A DNA stretch of 62,599 nt from an uncultured virus (IMG/VR IMGVR_UViG_3300003937_000141) (taxonomy: Duplodnaviria; Heunggongvirae; Uroviricota; Caudoviricetes): IMG/VR virus record IMGVR_UViG_3300003937_000141. One strand, written 5' to 3'. Shown here in pieces: positions 47,707 through 57,269 of the stretch. The translations under genes were made by a program, and so were the position numbers. A model generated the notes under the pieces. It was not told the origin of the DNA and searched no databases. It saw only the letters and a list, made by a program, of their open reading frames with translations. Positions within the stretch are counted from its first letter, which is position 1; every line of letters starts with the position of its first letter.

Positions 47707-49083
47707 ATGTTTTTATCTGAATCAATACAACAAAAGTGGCAGCCTGTTTTGGATCATCCTGACCTTCCAGAGGTTAAGGATAGTTACAAACGAGCCGTTA
47801 CTTCAATGGTGTTGGAGAACCAAGAAAAAGCGCTTAAAGAAGACGCAGCTTTCTTAACAGAAGCAGCTCCTACAAACGCAACAGGTTCATCAATACAAAA
47901 TTGGAACCCTATTTTAATTAGCTTAGTTAGAAGAAGTATGCCTAACCTTATCGCTTACGATATCGCTGGTGTACAACCAATGTCAGGCCCTACAGGCTTG
48001 ATTTTCGCTATGAGAAGCAGATATACTTCTCAAAGTGGTGGTGAAGCTCTTTTTGACGAAGCTGATACAGATTTTTCTGGCCGTAATGCGGCTGGTTCAT
48101 CTGTTGCAGGTGCTTCCGCAGTCGCACACGCTGGCGAAAACCCAGCCGTGCTTAACGACTCAATAGGTACTTCTACTGGATACACATCTGGTACAGGTAT
48201 GACTACAGCTTACGCAGAAGCTCTTGGAGATGCTGCTGCTAACGCTTTCGCTGAAATGGCATTCTCAATTGAGAAATCAACTGTGACTGCAAAAAGCAGA
48301 GCGCTAAAAGCCGAGTACACTATGGAGTTAGCACAAGACCTTAAAGCAATTCACGGCTTAGACGCTGAAACTGAATTATCAAACATCTTATCTGCTGAAA
48401 TCTTAGCTGAAATCAATAGAGAAGTAGTTAGAACAGTTTATAGAACTGCTGAAGTTGGTGCTGCTGATAACGATAACTCACACGCTGCTATTAACACGAC
48501 AACAGCTGGAATTTTTGACCTTGATACTGACTCAAATGGTAGATGGTCGGTTGAGAGATTCAAAGGACTTATGTTCCAACTGGAAAGAGATGCTAATACT
48601 ATCGCACAAAGAACAAGACGTGGAAAAGGTAATATGATTATCTGTTCTTCTGACGTTGCTAGTGCTTTACAAATGGCTGGTGTTTTAGATTACACTCCTG
48701 CGTTAAACAACAACTTAAACATTGACGATACTGGTAATACTTTTGCTGGTGTTTTAAATGGCAAATTTAAAGTTTACATTGACCCATATGCTGCTAATTT
48801 AGCTTCAAATGCAAGTCCTGCTAAACAATACTATGTTGTTGGTTACAAAGGAACATCGCCATATGACGCAGGATTATTTTACTGCCCATATGTACCTCTA
48901 CAAATGGTTAGAGCGGTAGGCCAAGACAACTTCCAACCAAAAATTGGATTTAAAACTAGATACGGCATGGTGGCAAACCCATTTGCTGGCGCTAGTGCGT
49001 CTTCAGCTATTACTGCTGACGGTGTTGGTGCAATCAACGCTAACAGATACTACAGACGTGTTCAAGTTACGAACATTATGTAA
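47707..49083 (+). CDS. gp23: major capsid protein gp23
   Basis: LVRR.MPNLIA, GVQPM.GPTG, SRALKAEYT.ELAQDL, YCPYVPL, QPKIGFKTRYG. Confidence 0.97.
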   Translation: MFLSESIQQKWQPVLDHPDLPEVKDSYKRAVTSMVLENQEKALKEDAAFLTEAAPTNATGSSIQNWNPILISLVRRSMPNLIAYDIAGVQPMSGPTGLIFAMRSRYTSQSGGEALFDEADTDFSGRNAAGSSVAGASAVAHAGENPAVLNDSIGTSTGYTSGTGMTTAYAEALGDAAANAFAEMAFSIEKSTVTAKSRALKAEYTMELAQDLKAIHGLDAETELSNILSAEILAEINREVVRTVYRTAEVGAADNDNSHAAINTTTAGIFDLDTDSNGRWSVERFKGLMFQLERDANTIAQRTRRGKGNMIICSSDVASALQMAGVLDYTPALNNNLNIDDTGNTFAGVLNGKFKVYIDPYAANLASNASPAKQYYVVGYKGTSPYDAGLFYCPYVPLQMVRAVGQDNFQPKIGFKTRYGMVANPFAGASASSAITADGVGAINANRYYRRVQVTNIM

Positions 49084-49109
49084 TATTTGTTGAGAAACAA
49101 ATCAGAAAA

Positions 49110-49133
49110 GGGCGCTTCGGCGCCCTTTTTTTT
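49110..49133 (+). terminator. rho-independent terminator after gp23
   Basis: GGGCGC-TTCG-GCGCCC followed by T8 (cUUCGg tetraloop). Confidence 0.92.
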
Positions 49134-49147
49134 GGCCTAATAAGTCT

Positions 49148-49155
49148 TATAAATA
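49148..49155 (+). promoter_or_regulatory. T4-type late promoter (predicted leaderless gp3 mRNA)
   Basis: TATAAATA 5 nt before ATG 49161. Confidence 0.8.
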
Positions 49156-49160
49156 GTAGT

Positions 49161-49787
49161 ATGACAATTATAAACTCTAATACAAGACAGCCAACTAAAC
49201 TAGACTATGCAAGTCCTACACAATTTAAGTTTTCTATAATTAAATTACCTAAAGTAGAATACTTTTGTACGGCTGCAAACATACCTGGTATCACACTAGG
49301 TACTGCAAATCAGGATACACCTTTTAAAGATATACCTATCCCAGGTGATAAAGCAGATTATGATACTTTGAATATATCTTTTTTAGTAGATGAAAATTTA
49401 GAAAACTATAGAGAGATCCATGGATGGATGACTGGTCTTGGTTTTCCTAAAGACCATTCACAATTTAGAAATTTACAACAAGCTGGTTCAGATAGATATC
49501 CTACTACTACAAGTGAAACTTATAATAAAGAATTAGGACAAGTAGTAAAACAAACTTCGGATGATGGTGGTTTATATTCAGACGCTACATTATTTGTATT
49601 AACAAGTAAAAACAATCCAAATATAGAAGTTAGATTTAGAGATATATATCCTATATCATTGTCTGGTTTAGATTACAATCAACAAGCAACAGATATTAAT
49701 TATCTAACTTGCGCTGTTACATTTCAATACAAGATATATGAGTTTGCAAATATTAGTGGGAGCACAACTATAGAAACTACTAGTTAA
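49161..49787 (+). CDS. gp3: tail tube terminator/completion protein gp3
   Basis: ANIPGI.L, IPGDK, FLVDENLENY..I..W, SDATL, P.SLSGL. Confidence 0.85.
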   Translation: MTIINSNTRQPTKLDYASPTQFKFSIIKLPKVEYFCTAANIPGITLGTANQDTPFKDIPIPGDKADYDTLNISFLVDENLENYREIHGWMTGLGFPKDHSQFRNLQQAGSDRYPTTTSETYNKELGQVVKQTSDDGGLYSDATLFVLTSKNNPNIEVRFRDIYPISLSGLDYNQQATDINYLTCAVTFQYKIYEFANISGSTTIETTS

Positions 49788-49811
49788 TTATAAAATAAAT
49801 AATATTATATT

Positions 49812-51206
49812 ATGACCGTTCGCAAAAGACCATCACAGCAAAATTTACGTAAATTTATTACACGAGGAGGACCAGGAGACAAGTACCTTGGGGAAGGGAA
49901 AGTCAATATGGACTCGTGGTTCAAAAAAGAGAATGTAGATATTTTAGAAGACCAAATTAGAAGTGGAGAGTTACCATTCTTTTGTGGTGCACCATTTCAA
50001 ATGGTTTATACTACAACTAGAGGAGAATATGCTCCATGTTCCTGGGTACAAGAAGGTTTTAATCCTAACATAAAAAATGTAAGTATTAAAAAATACTTTA
50101 AAGATAATGCAAATTTAAATGCTCTCCGTAAAGAGATGACCACTCCTGGGGACCCTTTAAAGTTAGCAAAAAAATGGTGTGTAAACTGTATGAGTCAGGA
50201 AAAGATTTATGGTAGATCAAGGAGACAAGCTTCATTAAAAATACAAACAAACGATAGAGGTTTATGGCCTGGTATAAGAAGAGCTGTTGAAGAATGGAAG
50301 AAGACAGGACAAGGTCATTTAGAAGATAGAATATTAGAGATACAAATTAAAGCATTTGGAAACAAATGTAACCTAGATTGTTATATGTGTGTTCCTTATG
50401 ATTCTACTACCAGATTAAAGACTATACATTCTGAACAACTAAAAGATGAAAAGGTATTTTCAGAATATGCTAAAACACATATTGCAGCTATGCCAAAACA
50501 AACTCTTACTTCTATAGTAGACCAGGTAGCTGAACTTGCCCCATACATTTATAACTTAAAGTTTATTGGTGGTGAACCTTTAGTTATGAAAAACTTTTAT
50601 GAGATGTTAGACGCAATAATAAAGACAGGACACGCTGATAAAATGTTTGTAAAATATCAGACTAATATGTCCGTAGTAGAATTTGAAAGAGTTAAAATAA
50701 CAAATTATATTCCTCATTTTTTAAACTTTGAATTTACAGTATCTTTGGATGGAGTTGATAAGTGGGATGAATATATTAGACGTAGGTCTGATTTTGAAGG
50801 AATTGTTAACAACATAAGAGAGGTAAAAAAATATCCTAATGTAACTGTAAACGTAAATGGAACAATATCCTTTTTAAGTGTATTGAGATTCTATAAATTG
50901 ATAGAATGGTTTAATGATAATAATGATTTATTCTTTCAGATAAACTGGTCAAATATCAGAGGACCAAAGAAATTATGTGCCAATGTATTGCCTGATAAGA
51001 TCAAAGAAGACCTTATTCCATTGTATAAAGACTGGCCAGACATACAAAATGTTCTTAAAGAAGACAATCACGGACTAGACTATCAGGATACGCTTGACTA
51101 CCTTTTAATGAATGATAAATACTATAAAGGCACTAAATGGGATATGAATTTATTTGAGGTATTTCCTGAACTAGAACCATATCATAATAAAAAGGAGACA
51201 AAGTAA
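49812..51206 (+). CDS. radical SAM protein with N-terminal twitch/SPASM-like domain
   Basis: FCGAPF...PC...CVNC, then CNLDCYMC, GGEP, SLDG. Confidence 0.88.
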   Translation: MTVRKRPSQQNLRKFITRGGPGDKYLGEGKVNMDSWFKKENVDILEDQIRSGELPFFCGAPFQMVYTTTRGEYAPCSWVQEGFNPNIKNVSIKKYFKDNANLNALRKEMTTPGDPLKLAKKWCVNCMSQEKIYGRSRRQASLKIQTNDRGLWPGIRRAVEEWKKTGQGHLEDRILEIQIKAFGNKCNLDCYMCVPYDSTTRLKTIHSEQLKDEKVFSEYAKTHIAAMPKQTLTSIVDQVAELAPYIYNLKFIGGEPLVMKNFYEMLDAIIKTGHADKMFVKYQTNMSVVEFERVKITNYIPHFLNFEFTVSLDGVDKWDEYIRRRSDFEGIVNNIREVKKYPNVTVNVNGTISFLSVLRFYKLIEWFNDNNDLFFQINWSNIRGPKKLCANVLPDKIKEDLIPLYKDWPDIQNVLKEDNHGLDYQDTLDYLLMNDKYYKGTKWDMNLFEVFPELEPYHNKKETK

Positions 51207-51907
51207 TGACACAATTAGACCTATTAGATGAAAGGCGACACGTAAAGGTATATGATGGTGAATCTATACCTGATAAGGAGTTGATTGAAAAGATCCTTTG
51301 GAGAGCATGGAAAGTTACGCCTTCAAAAAATAATTTTATGCCATATCACGTTAACGTTTTAGGACCTGAAAGGGCTTCTGAAAAAGAATCAATATGGATG
51401 AAATCAGTTAAGAATAAGAAATCAATTAATGAAACAAACATACCCAAGTATCACGCCGATTATAGTGAAAAACATAAAGTTTGGAAAGAAGATGGTTATA
51501 ACGCATATTTCTATCATTTAAAATCTGCTCCATATCTTTTAGTTTTTACTCAAAGAGTATGTACACCAAATGATTATTATAGAAAAAGTATAGAGGGTGG
51601 AGACTTCTATGAACAAATGCACGAAGACCATATGGAATCTATGTTGAGAACTACTGCTGTTGAAGTTGGTATGTTCTGCGCTAATTTAGCTGTATTTGCT
51701 TTAGAAGAAGGATTACATACTTCAACTATTGCTTGTTTCCCACACGGAGATCCAGATAAATGGAAAGATTTACCGTGGGTGGAACATCCTGTAGTCTTAT
51801 TAGCAAGTATTGGAAAGAGCGCTCAACTTCGTAGGGAGCATATGAATACAGCAGAAAGAAAAGATGATATCAAACCTTCTGCTGAAACTGTTATAAAATG
51901 GATATAA
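51206..51907 (+). CDS. nitroreductase-family flavoprotein
   Basis: RRHVKVY, TPSKNN..P, APYL, EEGLHTS, terminal IG. Confidence 0.75.
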   Translation: MTQLDLLDERRHVKVYDGESIPDKELIEKILWRAWKVTPSKNNFMPYHVNVLGPERASEKESIWMKSVKNKKSINETNIPKYHADYSEKHKVWKEDGYNAYFYHLKSAPYLLVFTQRVCTPNDYYRKSIEGGDFYEQMHEDHMESMLRTTAVEVGMFCANLAVFALEEGLHTSTIACFPHGDPDKWKDLPWVEHPVVLLASIGKSAQLRREHMNTAERKDDIKPSAETVIKWI

Positions 51908-51908
51908 A

Positions 51909-52490
51909 ATGGGTCTGGAGAACAAGACAATAGTATTATTAATTGATTTTGAAGGCCATCCTGCAATGGGTGACGAACATACTAACCATCTTCGTTATTC
52001 TTGCTTAAATGGACTATTGTCAATTCCAGATTCAGATTTATATATTATATCTAATCACTTGCAAGGAATTTCAAGTGATGACAAAAGCACACATTTAAAA
52101 ATGTGTGAAATAGAAAAAATGGTGGCTGCAGAAGGCAGACACACTTGGAGAAATATTGATCCTGATAAAGAAATATCTGTTAAAGATATTGAAGCTATAT
52201 TAGAGAAAGACGGCTATCGTATTAAAAATGTTATTTTAGGTGGCTGCAATACAGCAGGTTGTGTTTTAAGAACAAGAGGATATTCTGCACAAAAATGGGC
52301 TGAAGCTGGACACAATGTACAGATATATCTTCCTATGTGTGCTGATTATCAATTGGCAGGTCTTAATCAAGCTGAAAGAAATTTAAAAGCATTTACTATA
52401 ATGTACACGATTATTAAACATCATAATCTATTTGATAGAATAGATATTGTAAGGAGACTAGACCAATTAAAATTTAAACACGACTGGTAA
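51909..52490 (+). CDS. isochorismatase/cysteine hydrolase-like protein
   Basis: LLIDF, VILGGCNTAGCV. Confidence 0.6.
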   Translation: MGLENKTIVLLIDFEGHPAMGDEHTNHLRYSCLNGLLSIPDSDLYIISNHLQGISSDDKSTHLKMCEIEKMVAAEGRHTWRNIDPDKEISVKDIEAILEKDGYRIKNVILGGCNTAGCVLRTRGYSAQKWAEAGHNVQIYLPMCADYQLAGLNQAERNLKAFTIMYTIIKHHNLFDRIDIVRRLDQLKFKHDW

Positions 52491-52496
52491 AATATT

Positions 52497-53999
52497 ATGA
52501 AAGATATGAATCCAACCGAACTGGATACCAACGAATGGATTGATCCAACTATTAAAAGACTTGGTAAGGAAAAGGCACGATTAACCAGAGGTGGTCCTGG
52601 CGATAAGTCAACACCAGGTAACGTTGATACATCGGAATGGTGGCAAGACGTTTCTAAAAGAACAAAAGAAACTAGAGCATTCACACCTATAAAAGGCATA
52701 CCAGTAAAAGATAAAACACTTATACAAAAAGCAAAAGATAAAGACATTTTTTTTTGTACAATCCCTTTCACACAAGCTTATTCTGAAATGAATGGTAGGT
52801 GGCAAGCCTGCTGTTTCGCTCACGCTCCTATGAATGGTCCTACAGTTGAAGATACAACTATCAAGGAATGGATGGAAGATAGTTCGTATATGAACTCCAT
52901 TAGAAAAGAAATGACAACGCCTGGTTCTGATTTGAGGAATGTTAAAAAGTGGTGTCAAAGATGTGTATCAGACGAAGAAAGATATGGAAGATCCAGAAGA
53001 ACAAACTGTTTAAAAATCCATACTAATAATTCTGAATTTTGGGATGACATTCAAAAGAGTGTTGATTTATATGAAGCAACTGGCAAGTGGACATTTTTTG
53101 AAAGAATTATAGAAGTACAGTTAAAGATATTTGGTTCGGAATGTAATTTAGATTGCCATATGTGTATTCACACTAACTCAACAGTAAGACAAGCTGTCGC
53201 AAAGAAGGGTGTTTGGAGTAAAGCAATTTGGGAAAAGGATACGTCTTGGCCAGACCATATAATTAATTTTAAAACACACGGAAAAGATCGTACAAAAGGT
53301 ACAATTGAACAGGTGCTTGAGTTAGCACCATACATAAGAAGTATTAAAATTATTGGTGGTGAGCCTTTAATTATGAAAAAACATTATGAGATGATGGAAA
53401 AAATTGTAAAATCTGGACACGCTGATAAAATTTTTGTTAAGTATCAAACAAATATGACCAAAACAAAAACAGGTAGACATAGTATATTTGATTATGTACC
53501 TTACTTTAAAGAAGTGGCTATGGTGGGTTCTGTAGATGGTGTAGGTAAAACTATAGAGTATATAAGAAGAAGAACAAATTGGAAAGAGCTTGTAGAAAAT
53601 ATAGAAGAATGTAAAAAATATCCTAATGTAGTTGTTGACTTTAATGGGTTGGTATCGTTTTTAAGTGTAATGAGATTTTACGAAGTAATTGATTATGTAA
53701 AACAGAACCCAAATATATTTCAAATCAATTGGGCTATGTTAGAAACTCCAATACATTTAAGACCTAATAATTTACCTGAACCAATAAAACAAAAGTTAAT
53801 TCCAAAGTACGAAGACTATCCTGACATTGTGGCTGCTCTGGAAAGACCTATGGATCCAGGAGTTAATATACAAGATATATTTCAATATCTATTAAAACAA
53901 GATAAACACTATGAAGGAACAAAATGGGAAATGCACCTGTTTGATGTTTTCCCTGAACTTAAAGAATACTACGATCCAAATTATAAAGAGATAACGTAA
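52497..53999 (+). CDS. radical SAM protein with N-terminal twitch/SPASM-like domain, paralog of 49812
   Basis: FCTIPF...ACC...CQRC, CNLDCHMC, GGEP, SVDG. Confidence 0.88.
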   Translation: MKDMNPTELDTNEWIDPTIKRLGKEKARLTRGGPGDKSTPGNVDTSEWWQDVSKRTKETRAFTPIKGIPVKDKTLIQKAKDKDIFFCTIPFTQAYSEMNGRWQACCFAHAPMNGPTVEDTTIKEWMEDSSYMNSIRKEMTTPGSDLRNVKKWCQRCVSDEERYGRSRRTNCLKIHTNNSEFWDDIQKSVDLYEATGKWTFFERIIEVQLKIFGSECNLDCHMCIHTNSTVRQAVAKKGVWSKAIWEKDTSWPDHIINFKTHGKDRTKGTIEQVLELAPYIRSIKIIGGEPLIMKKHYEMMEKIVKSGHADKIFVKYQTNMTKTKTGRHSIFDYVPYFKEVAMVGSVDGVGKTIEYIRRRTNWKELVENIEECKKYPNVVVDFNGLVSFLSVMRFYEVIDYVKQNPNIFQINWAMLETPIHLRPNNLPEPIKQKLIPKYEDYPDIVAALERPMDPGVNIQDIFQYLLKQDKHYEGTKWEMHLFDVFPELKEYYDPNYKEIT

Positions 54000-54005
54000 C
54001 ACTAT

Positions 54006-54033
54006 ATACTTTTATTGAAAAGTATGATATACT
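54006..54033 (+). promoter_or_regulatory. extended -10 promoter (TGnTATACT) with overlapping 8-bp inverted repeat upstream of uvsY
   Basis: ATACTTTT-ATTG-AAAAGTAT (54006-54025); TATACT 54028-54033. Confidence 0.5.
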
Positions 54034-54059
54034 ATAGTTAAATATACAATGGAGATATT

Positions 54060-54488
54060 ATGACATTTGACGAACTACAAGAGTTGGCTGAAAAAGATTT
54101 AAAACTAAATGATACTGAACTAGATATAGAATCATTAAAGACCCCACAATTACATAACAAATATTCAAAGTTTCACAATCAATATATTAATCTGTTAAAG
54201 AAAGCAGAGCAAGATAGAGATGTAATGGTTAGAGATAAATGGGAATATTACACAGGTAAAGCAGACGCTAGCGTCTATCAAGCAAAACCTTTTAATCTTA
54301 AAATTTTAAAACCAGATGTTGACAAATATCTCAAAGCAGATCCCGACTTAATCAAGTTGGAACAAAAGGTAGTTTATATAGAGAGTGTTGTAAACTATTT
54401 GGACAAGACAATTAGACTAATTGCAAATCGTTCCTTTCAAATAAAGAACGCAATTGAGTGGCGTAAATTCACTTCTGGCGTTATCTAA
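54060..54488 (+). CDS. uvsY: recombination mediator UvsY
   Basis: P.LHNKY, EYYTGKA, FQIKNAIEW.KF. Confidence 0.93.
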   Translation: MTFDELQELAEKDLKLNDTELDIESLKTPQLHNKYSKFHNQYINLLKKAEQDRDVMVRDKWEYYTGKADASVYQAKPFNLKILKPDVDKYLKADPDLIKLEQKVVYIESVVNYLDKTIRLIANRSFQIKNAIEWRKFTSGVI

Positions 54489-54491
54489 AAA

Positions 54492-55955
54492 ATGCAAAAC
54501 ATTATAGTTGACAAGGTCAATGACGTTTACATTCGGATTGACGCTGACGCAAGTATCCGTAGAGAACTTTCCGAGTATTTTTCATTTGAAGTACCTGGCT
54601 ATAAGTTTACACCCCAATTTCGTAATAGAGTTTGGGACGGAAAAATCAGATTATATTCGTATGCTACAGGTCAATTATATGTTGGATTGTACCCCTATCT
54701 AAAAGACTGGTGTAAGAAGAAAGATATACATATTGTTGAATCTAGTGAAATATTGACATATAATAACGCCATAGCCGCCGATATAGGCGGTTTAATAGAC
54801 TCTTATGAACTATCTATCACGCCGAGGGACTATCAAATTGACGCTTTTAAATATGCCTTGGAATATAATAGAGGACTAATATTATCTCCTACTGCCTCTG
54901 GCAAGTCATTAATCATCTATATGTTAGTAAGACATTATTTAAATGTCATAGACAATAATATACTCATTATTGTTCCTACAACTTCACTTGTAGAGCAGTT
55001 ATATAAAGATTTTAAATCTTATGGATTTAATGTGGAGAAAAATGTCAGTAGAAATTATCACGGATATGATATTGAAGAAGATAAACGAATTGTAATCTCC
55101 ACGTGGCAATCATTGTATAAAATGCCTAAAGAGTTTTTTGAAGACTATGGTGCTGTTATAGGTGATGAGGCACACTTATTCAAAGCTGTATCACTTACAA
55201 AGATAATGACAAAACTTGTAGATTGTAAATATCGTATTGGTCTCACAGGTACTTTAGATGATAGTAAAACACATAGATTAGTATTACAAGGTTTGTTTGG
55301 AATGGTTAACAAAGTTATATCAACAACTGAATTGATTGATAGAAAACAACTTGCTGATTTAAAGATTATGTGTCTGAACTTAAAGTATCCAGAAGTGGAG
55401 GCAAAGAAAGTATATGGAGTAAAGTACTTTGAAGAATTGGAATACCTTACTCAAAATATTGCTCGTAATAAATACATACGAAATCTAGCCTTGGCACTTA
55501 ATGGAAATACTTTATGTTTGTTCCAATTGGTTGAAAAACACGGTGAAATTTTATTTAAATTAATCAAAGAAAAAGTAGACCCTAAACGAAAGGTGTTTTT
55601 TGTTTATGGTGGAACAGAAACTAATGATAGAGAAAAGATTAGAGCAATTACAGAAAAATCTGATAACGCAATTATCATCGCTTCTTTCGGGACGTTTAGT
55701 ACTGGTATCAATATTCGCAATTTACACAACATTGTTTTTAGTAGCCCTAGTAAAAGCCCTATAAGAATATTACAAAGTATAGGTAGAGGTTTAAGAGTAA
55801 AAGATAATAAATCAAATGCTACTTTATATGATATATCAGATGATTTAACCTATAAAGGTAAGAAGAACTTTACCTTAACACACTTCCAAGAACGAGTTGA
55901 ATTATATAATAGAGAAGGATTTAACTATGAAATACATAGCGTGGATTTAAAATGA
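54492..55955 (+). CDS. uvsW: DNA helicase UvsW
   Basis: WDGKIRL, PTASGKS, DEAH, GLTGT, QSIGRGLR. Confidence 0.95.
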   Translation: MQNIIVDKVNDVYIRIDADASIRRELSEYFSFEVPGYKFTPQFRNRVWDGKIRLYSYATGQLYVGLYPYLKDWCKKKDIHIVESSEILTYNNAIAADIGGLIDSYELSITPRDYQIDAFKYALEYNRGLILSPTASGKSLIIYMLVRHYLNVIDNNILIIVPTTSLVEQLYKDFKSYGFNVEKNVSRNYHGYDIEEDKRIVISTWQSLYKMPKEFFEDYGAVIGDEAHLFKAVSLTKIMTKLVDCKYRIGLTGTLDDSKTHRLVLQGLFGMVNKVISTTELIDRKQLADLKIMCLNLKYPEVEAKKVYGVKYFEELEYLTQNIARNKYIRNLALALNGNTLCLFQLVEKHGEILFKLIKEKVDPKRKVFFVYGGTETNDREKIRAITEKSDNAIIIASFGTFSTGINIRNLHNIVFSSPSKSPIRILQSIGRGLRVKDNKSNATLYDISDDLTYKGKKNFTLTHFQERVELYNREGFNYEIHSVDLK

Positions 55956-56416
55956 TATCAGATGGAGATTTTAAGTTTCTATTAGATAAGAGTCAAGGCT
56001 CTACAAAAATACTAGAGATAGGTACAGGTACAGGTAAAAGTACAGCTGCTTTACGACTCAACGCTGAGGTGTATACCATTGACAAAAATGATATGTTTGA
56101 TTATAATGTAGATTGTTATAGATTTATTACTGAAAGCAAAGTTTATTGGCAATCTTATACGCACTATGACTTTGACTTTGTTTTTATAGATGGCTCTATA
56201 ACTAAACTAGACTGTGAACAAATATTAAAAAGAACAAAGGACTCTTTTAAAATAGTATTCCACGATTATCTACCTAATGAAGATAAAGACCCAGGCAAAA
56301 ATAAAGGTTATTATAATATGAAAGTATTTAAAGAAACAGCGTTGTTAAGTTATGCTATGGTTGAAGAATTAGGTGGTACTCATTGTGCCATAATAGCGCT
56401 TAAAAAAGATAAATAG
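55952..56416 (+). CDS. class I SAM methyltransferase (Methyltransf_24-like)
   Basis: ILEIGTGTG.S, DFVFIDG, FHDY. Confidence 0.75.
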   Translation: MISDGDFKFLLDKSQGSTKILEIGTGTGKSTAALRLNAEVYTIDKNDMFDYNVDCYRFITESKVYWQSYTHYDFDFVFIDGSITKLDCEQILKRTKDSFKIVFHDYLPNEDKDPGKNKGYYNMKVFKETALLSYAMVEELGGTHCAIIALKKDK

Positions 56417-56420
56417 TTAT

Positions 56421-56885
56421 ATGATTAATCGCATTGATGATAAAACTGTTAAGATAATAAGGTTAGTTTCTGGTGAAGAAATCTGCTGTAAGTTCCCCTT
56501 ACACAAATCGCAACTACCTGAAAACTCAAAACTATTAAGATTACAGGATCCTATGTTAATTAAATATGTTCCTCGTATAACTGAACAAGGTATATCTGAC
56601 TATATTGCTTTAGTTAAATGGGTTGGTTTTACAGATGAAAAAATCGTTACTATACCTGTTGACAAAATTATAACAATATGCAATGCTACACCTCAATTTA
56701 CAAAAAGGTATAGTGACCTTTCAAACTCACTAAAACACGCAAAACAACCATTACCAGGATTTATACAAAGAGATATGACGGAAGAGGAGTTAGAACACGC
56801 CGCTTCCTTGGAAAGAGAATTGAACAATGAGAACTTAAAAGACGTTGCTGAATATTGGAATATGCCTAGTAAAAAGATCCACTAG
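56421..56885 (+). CDS. conserved T4-like Sm-fold-like hypothetical protein
   Basis: IRLVSGEEI N-terminus; position between uvsW and gp55; GATAAATA 5 nt before ATG. Confidence 0.65.
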   Translation: MINRIDDKTVKIIRLVSGEEICCKFPLHKSQLPENSKLLRLQDPMLIKYVPRITEQGISDYIALVKWVGFTDEKIVTIPVDKIITICNATPQFTKRYSDLSNSLKHAKQPLPGFIQRDMTEEELEHAASLERELNNENLKDVAEYWNMPSKKIH

Positions 56886-56943
56886 TAGTTTTAAATCTAA
56901 TCTAGTCACTAGCTAGGTATTCTCGGTAACAACCTACATAGGT

Positions 56944-56972
56944 AGTATAACAACGAATTGGGAATATGTCAA
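56944..56972 (-). promoter_or_regulatory. consensus sigma70 promoter facing antisense
   Basis: minus-strand TTGACA (56972-56967), 17 nt, TATACT (56949-56944). Confidence 0.65.
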
Positions 56973-56978
56973 GCGGCC

Positions 56979-57224
56979 ATGAAAATTAGATTTTATCACA
57001 GACTAGACGGCACAAGATGGTTGGGATTCATACTAGCCATAATAGGTACATACATACTTTCAGACGCAAATCCTTCAACTCAATGGTTGGGGTGGGCGAT
57101 TACAACTCTATCCTGTAGTATATGGATATATATGGGTATAAAAGATAAAGATATACCTAGAGCATTAATGGAAGTAATGTATTTTTTACTTGCAATAAGA
57201 GCTATATTTAATTGGTTATTTTGA
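56979..57224 (+). CDS. small 3-TM membrane protein (SemiSWEET/PnuC-like size)
   Basis: three hydrophobic helices, WLG..L, W.Y.G...KD. Confidence 0.6.
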   Translation: MKIRFYHRLDGTRWLGFILAIIGTYILSDANPSTQWLGWAITTLSCSIWIYMGIKDKDIPRALMEVMYFLLAIRAIFNWLF

Positions 57225-57234
57225 CCGTAAACCA

Positions 57235-57263
57235 TTGACAAATGCGACCATTTATAGTATTAT
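57235..57263 (+). promoter_or_regulatory. sigma70 promoter of gp55
   Basis: TTGACA, 17 nt, TATTAT; ATG begins 7 nt after the -10 box. Confidence 0.75.
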
Positions 57264-57269
57264 ATAATA

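Noticed and set aside
51206..51907. Calling the nitroreductase BluB (B12 lower-ligand synthase)
   Set aside because: Only fold-level motifs are visible; BluB-specific residues could not be confirmed by eye
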